From assembly GCA_049724395.1 (NCBI GenBank), contig JAUGWO010000082.1:1-64000 (forward strand): a DNA stretch of 64,000 nt, written 5' to 3'. The position numbers and the translations under genes are program-made. Of this stretch, positions 60,837-64,000 are shown piece by piece; position 1 is the stretch's first letter, and each line of letters begins with the position of its first letter. Under the pieces are notes generated by a model that was not told the origin of the DNA, searched no databases, and saw nothing but the letters and a program-made list of their open reading frames with translations. This stretch comes from Spongospora subterranea f. sp. subterranea (Eukaryota).

Positions 60837-63800
60837 ATGCGAAACCTAATTCGAACTGGCGAGTCGATCGCCAAGGTTGATTATGTCCCATATTCTGGCC
60901 ACATATCAATCGATTCCCCATCGTCCCATATATATTATGTCGCCATTCACGACGGTCTCCTGCATCTGATCCAGGTCTCCATGGGGGTCGATCAGGTCAC
61001 GGCCACGCCATTGTCGATGATCGATGCCGATTCCATCATCATTGCATTAGATTACCTGCCCGAGCTGGAGTCGGTCTGCATCATCACCGGATTTGGCGAT
61101 ATATTCAAGGTCGGAGTCCACTCCGAACCGGATGTTGTTGAACCGGTTGGGTCAATCGATGGCGGTATCAGTTCGGCCAGTTGGTCACCCGATCACGATC
61201 TATGCGTCATCACCACACACACATCACGATTAATCCTGTTATCGCAACAATGGGATCCCATCCTCGAAACCGACATCGACCTGATCGTGTCGTCGTTATC
61301 GTGGAAAGCGGACAGCATGACGTTTGCCGCGATCGGCGAGCGGTTGAGCGATGGGAAGCGCCATATTCAGATCTGGGATCGTTATGGATCACATATAGCC
61401 ACAACATTAGACTCGGATTTGCCATTCGACAGTCTGATTGGTCCAATCGCCTTCCGTCCATCTGGCGATATCATCACGGGTCCTGTTGTTCACGATGCTG
61501 GATCACAAGGGGTTCAGTGCCAAATGGTTATATTTGAGGGTGCCAACTGCCTTCGTCATGGCCAATGGACTCTGCCCCATTCACCGGATCACATCACGTC
61601 TGTTCAATGGAATGCAGACTCGTCATTGGTCGCGATCATCTCCAACACCGCCCTTCATATCTACCATCGCGCCAATTACCATTGGTATCTGAAGAGCGAG
61701 ATCAGGTGTAATCCAAGCGGGTTCACCTGGGATCCCGAGCTCCCATATCGAGCGATTATGTTCACCGATCATGTCACCATGAGGACGATGGTGTTTGATT
61801 GGGATACCTGTATATCCTCATGCGGTATTGCAGGGGTTATCGTAAGATACTGTCGCCATACCCTCGTCCTCTCTCTTACCTGTGTCTCCGAATTAGGATG
61901 GTGATTCGGTGCTGGTTACCCGCTTCGCTGAGGCTGTTGTCCCTCCTCCCATGTCCCTATTCCGCCTTCAGGCTAATTCGTCCATCTGCTCGATTGCGAT
62001 TTCATCCTCATCTGGCTCGTTAGCTGCTCTGCAATCGTGCGGTCGCGTATCGATTTTCGACTCGTTATCGTCTCGTAAGGCTGGCGCCATCATTCCTGCT
62101 GATAGGTCTTGGCCCATCGACTGTACGGGTTCATGGCGCCAGATCGAATGGCTGGGTGACCGTCACCTTGCTGTTCTGTCCAGCGATCATGGTGGCGATT
62201 CACTGATCGTCATCCCGATCGATGATACTTGCCAAGATCATATATCTATACGATTGGCCTCTCCCTGTTTACGAATAATCTCATACGCTGAGGATTGTAT
62301 CGCTGCACAACTCCACGACGGTCGGGTCCTGCGAATGTCGCCGGATCACGATCTCGTTCCTATTGGCGTTCTCCCATCGCCCTGTCCCAGGTTCTGTGTA
62401 GCGCCGGGGAACGTTTTAATCGGCCATGATTCCTATTCCAGACTCTACGTCAATACCGATATCTTATCTCATCAGTGCACGTCGATGTCGTTGTCGAATC
62501 CCAAGACTCTATTGTTCACCACATCCGGTCCCCAGCACGTCCTACACACATTGGAGTTGAACCAATCCACCTACAATATCAATTCCACTCACAGCCAGCG
62601 TCCTCTCGAACGTGGCGCCATCATCATCGCTGTTGTTCCCGATATGGATCGCGTTGTTATCCAGATGTTGCCTCGTGGCTCGCTCGAGACCATATACCCT
62701 CGCTCGCTTCTCCTCAAATCTATTGCGGTTTCGCTCAAGAACCGGTTGTGGTTGAAAACCTTCACAACCATGCGTCGTCATCGACTGGATTTCAACCTTT
62801 TATACGACGCCGGCCCTTCTATTTTTTCATTTCACGTTGACGAGTTCGTATCCCAAATCAACAATTCCAACTTTCTAACCGAGTTCCTGTCATCGCTAAC
62901 TGATATCAATACGCTCGACACCATTTACAAAGAGTTCGTCCCATTATCGTGTCAAGATCAGACCGACGACCGCACCGATCTATCGAGTCTTCAGTATCTC
63001 GGTGAGTCGTCCAACGTCACCGTCAGCTCGGTCCAGAGCGCCACAGCTCCGACAGCGACCGGGAAGATGAATCATATTTGCAAACTGGTCGGCGACGCCA
63101 TTGAGGGTATTCACGATAATGCCCATCTTGTTCACGCCCGTATCGCCTCATTCCTCAAACAAAATCCAGCACAGCTTGAGGAGGCTCTATGTCTCATCGC
63201 CAATCTCGAATCGTCCTCATCCAGGGCATCTGCCCTGAGGTTTGCCATGGCCGTCGTTGACGTCGATCTGCTGTTCGACGCCGCGCTTGGCACGTACAAT
63301 TTCGACCTGGTCGAGATGGTTGGAAAGGTATCGGATCGGGACCCGAAGGAGTATATGCCAATGCTCGACTCCCTTCGGCGACAATCTCCATTAATGCAAC
63401 GATATTCCATTGATTTGTCGCTGAAACGCGTCGATAAAGCTCTTCGTCATCTATCCCAAATGACGCCGGTACCTCTGGATCTGTGCCTATCGCTGATCAA
63501 GTCCCATCCTGAGCAGTTATTCCCGATCGCCTTCTCGTTGTTCCCATCTCCCCATATCCCTCTGCTCACCGCCTTTGCCGAATATTGCCCTGCTCACGAA
63601 GCCGGCCCTGTTTACGAGGCGGCCGACCTGCTGGAGCAGGCGCTGCTCTCTTACAAGACATGCGGGCAATGGCGACAAGCCATGAACCTGGCCTTCAGGC
63701 TGCGTATCGACACTAGCGATCTTGCTCGCGATTTGGCCGATTCCCTAGTTTCCACAACCACCAACGCAATGTGCGCCATTGACGGTGCACGATTACTTTC

Positions 63801-64000
63801 CGATTACTGTAATGATGTCGATGGAGCTGTATCGGTTCTGAGTCGTGCTCATCAATGGGAAGATGCCCTATTATTGGCGAGGTCCAAGGATCGGTCAGAT
63901 CTTGTTGAGTCTTGTGTCCGACCCCGTATGGACAGCGCTTTGCGAACTTGTTCCAAGGACTTGGCCGATGCGGTCAAACGATTCTCGTATTGCTGTTCCC
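60837..64000 (+). CDS. ELP1: Elongator complex protein 1 (IKI3/IKAP), cut by the window end
   Basis: MRNL start; ASWSPD; RANYHWYLK; intron 61842-61896, then DGDSVLVTRFAEAVVPPPM; PRGSLETIYPRSL; MRRHRLDFNLLYD; LFDAALGTYNFDL; RDPKEYMP. Confidence 0.95.

Overview
Eukaryotic nuclear DNA: spliceosomal GT-AG introns are consistently ~50-55 nt, which fits a compact protist genome, but the taxon cannot be fixed from this window. Most of the window is a transposon graveyard with a few host genes in between. Host genes: a GT61/EOGT-like glycosyltransferase, a coiled-coil protein, a C2H2 zinc-finger protein, a TRAIP-like RING E3 ligase, a tandem HSP20 array (3 intact and 2 decayed copies, with heat-shock elements), SPF30/SMNDC1, and ELP1 (runs off the right edge). 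Mobile DNA: several Ty3/Gypsy relics (one chromovirus with LTRs), two Ty1/Copia relics, two PIF/Harbinger elements (one with TIRs, TTA TSD and nested elements), a MULE with TIRs and a 9-bp TSD, a 5'-truncated non-LTR retrotransposon, and a Crypton-like tyrosine recombinase (YR) gene. Most interesting observations: (i) the YR ends in a ~100-aa Cys-containing domain I cannot assign to a family, and that domain recurs three times in tandem at the start of the window; (ii) a possible Polinton-like virus remnant at ~42.3-44 kb; (iii) an intron-retaining RPC2 (Pol III) 3' pseudogene; (iv) a chromovirus whose RT/RNase H is replaced by an inverted copy of its own PPT-LTR; (v) many local inverted duplications. 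All family calls come from motif recognition by eye; no database search was run.
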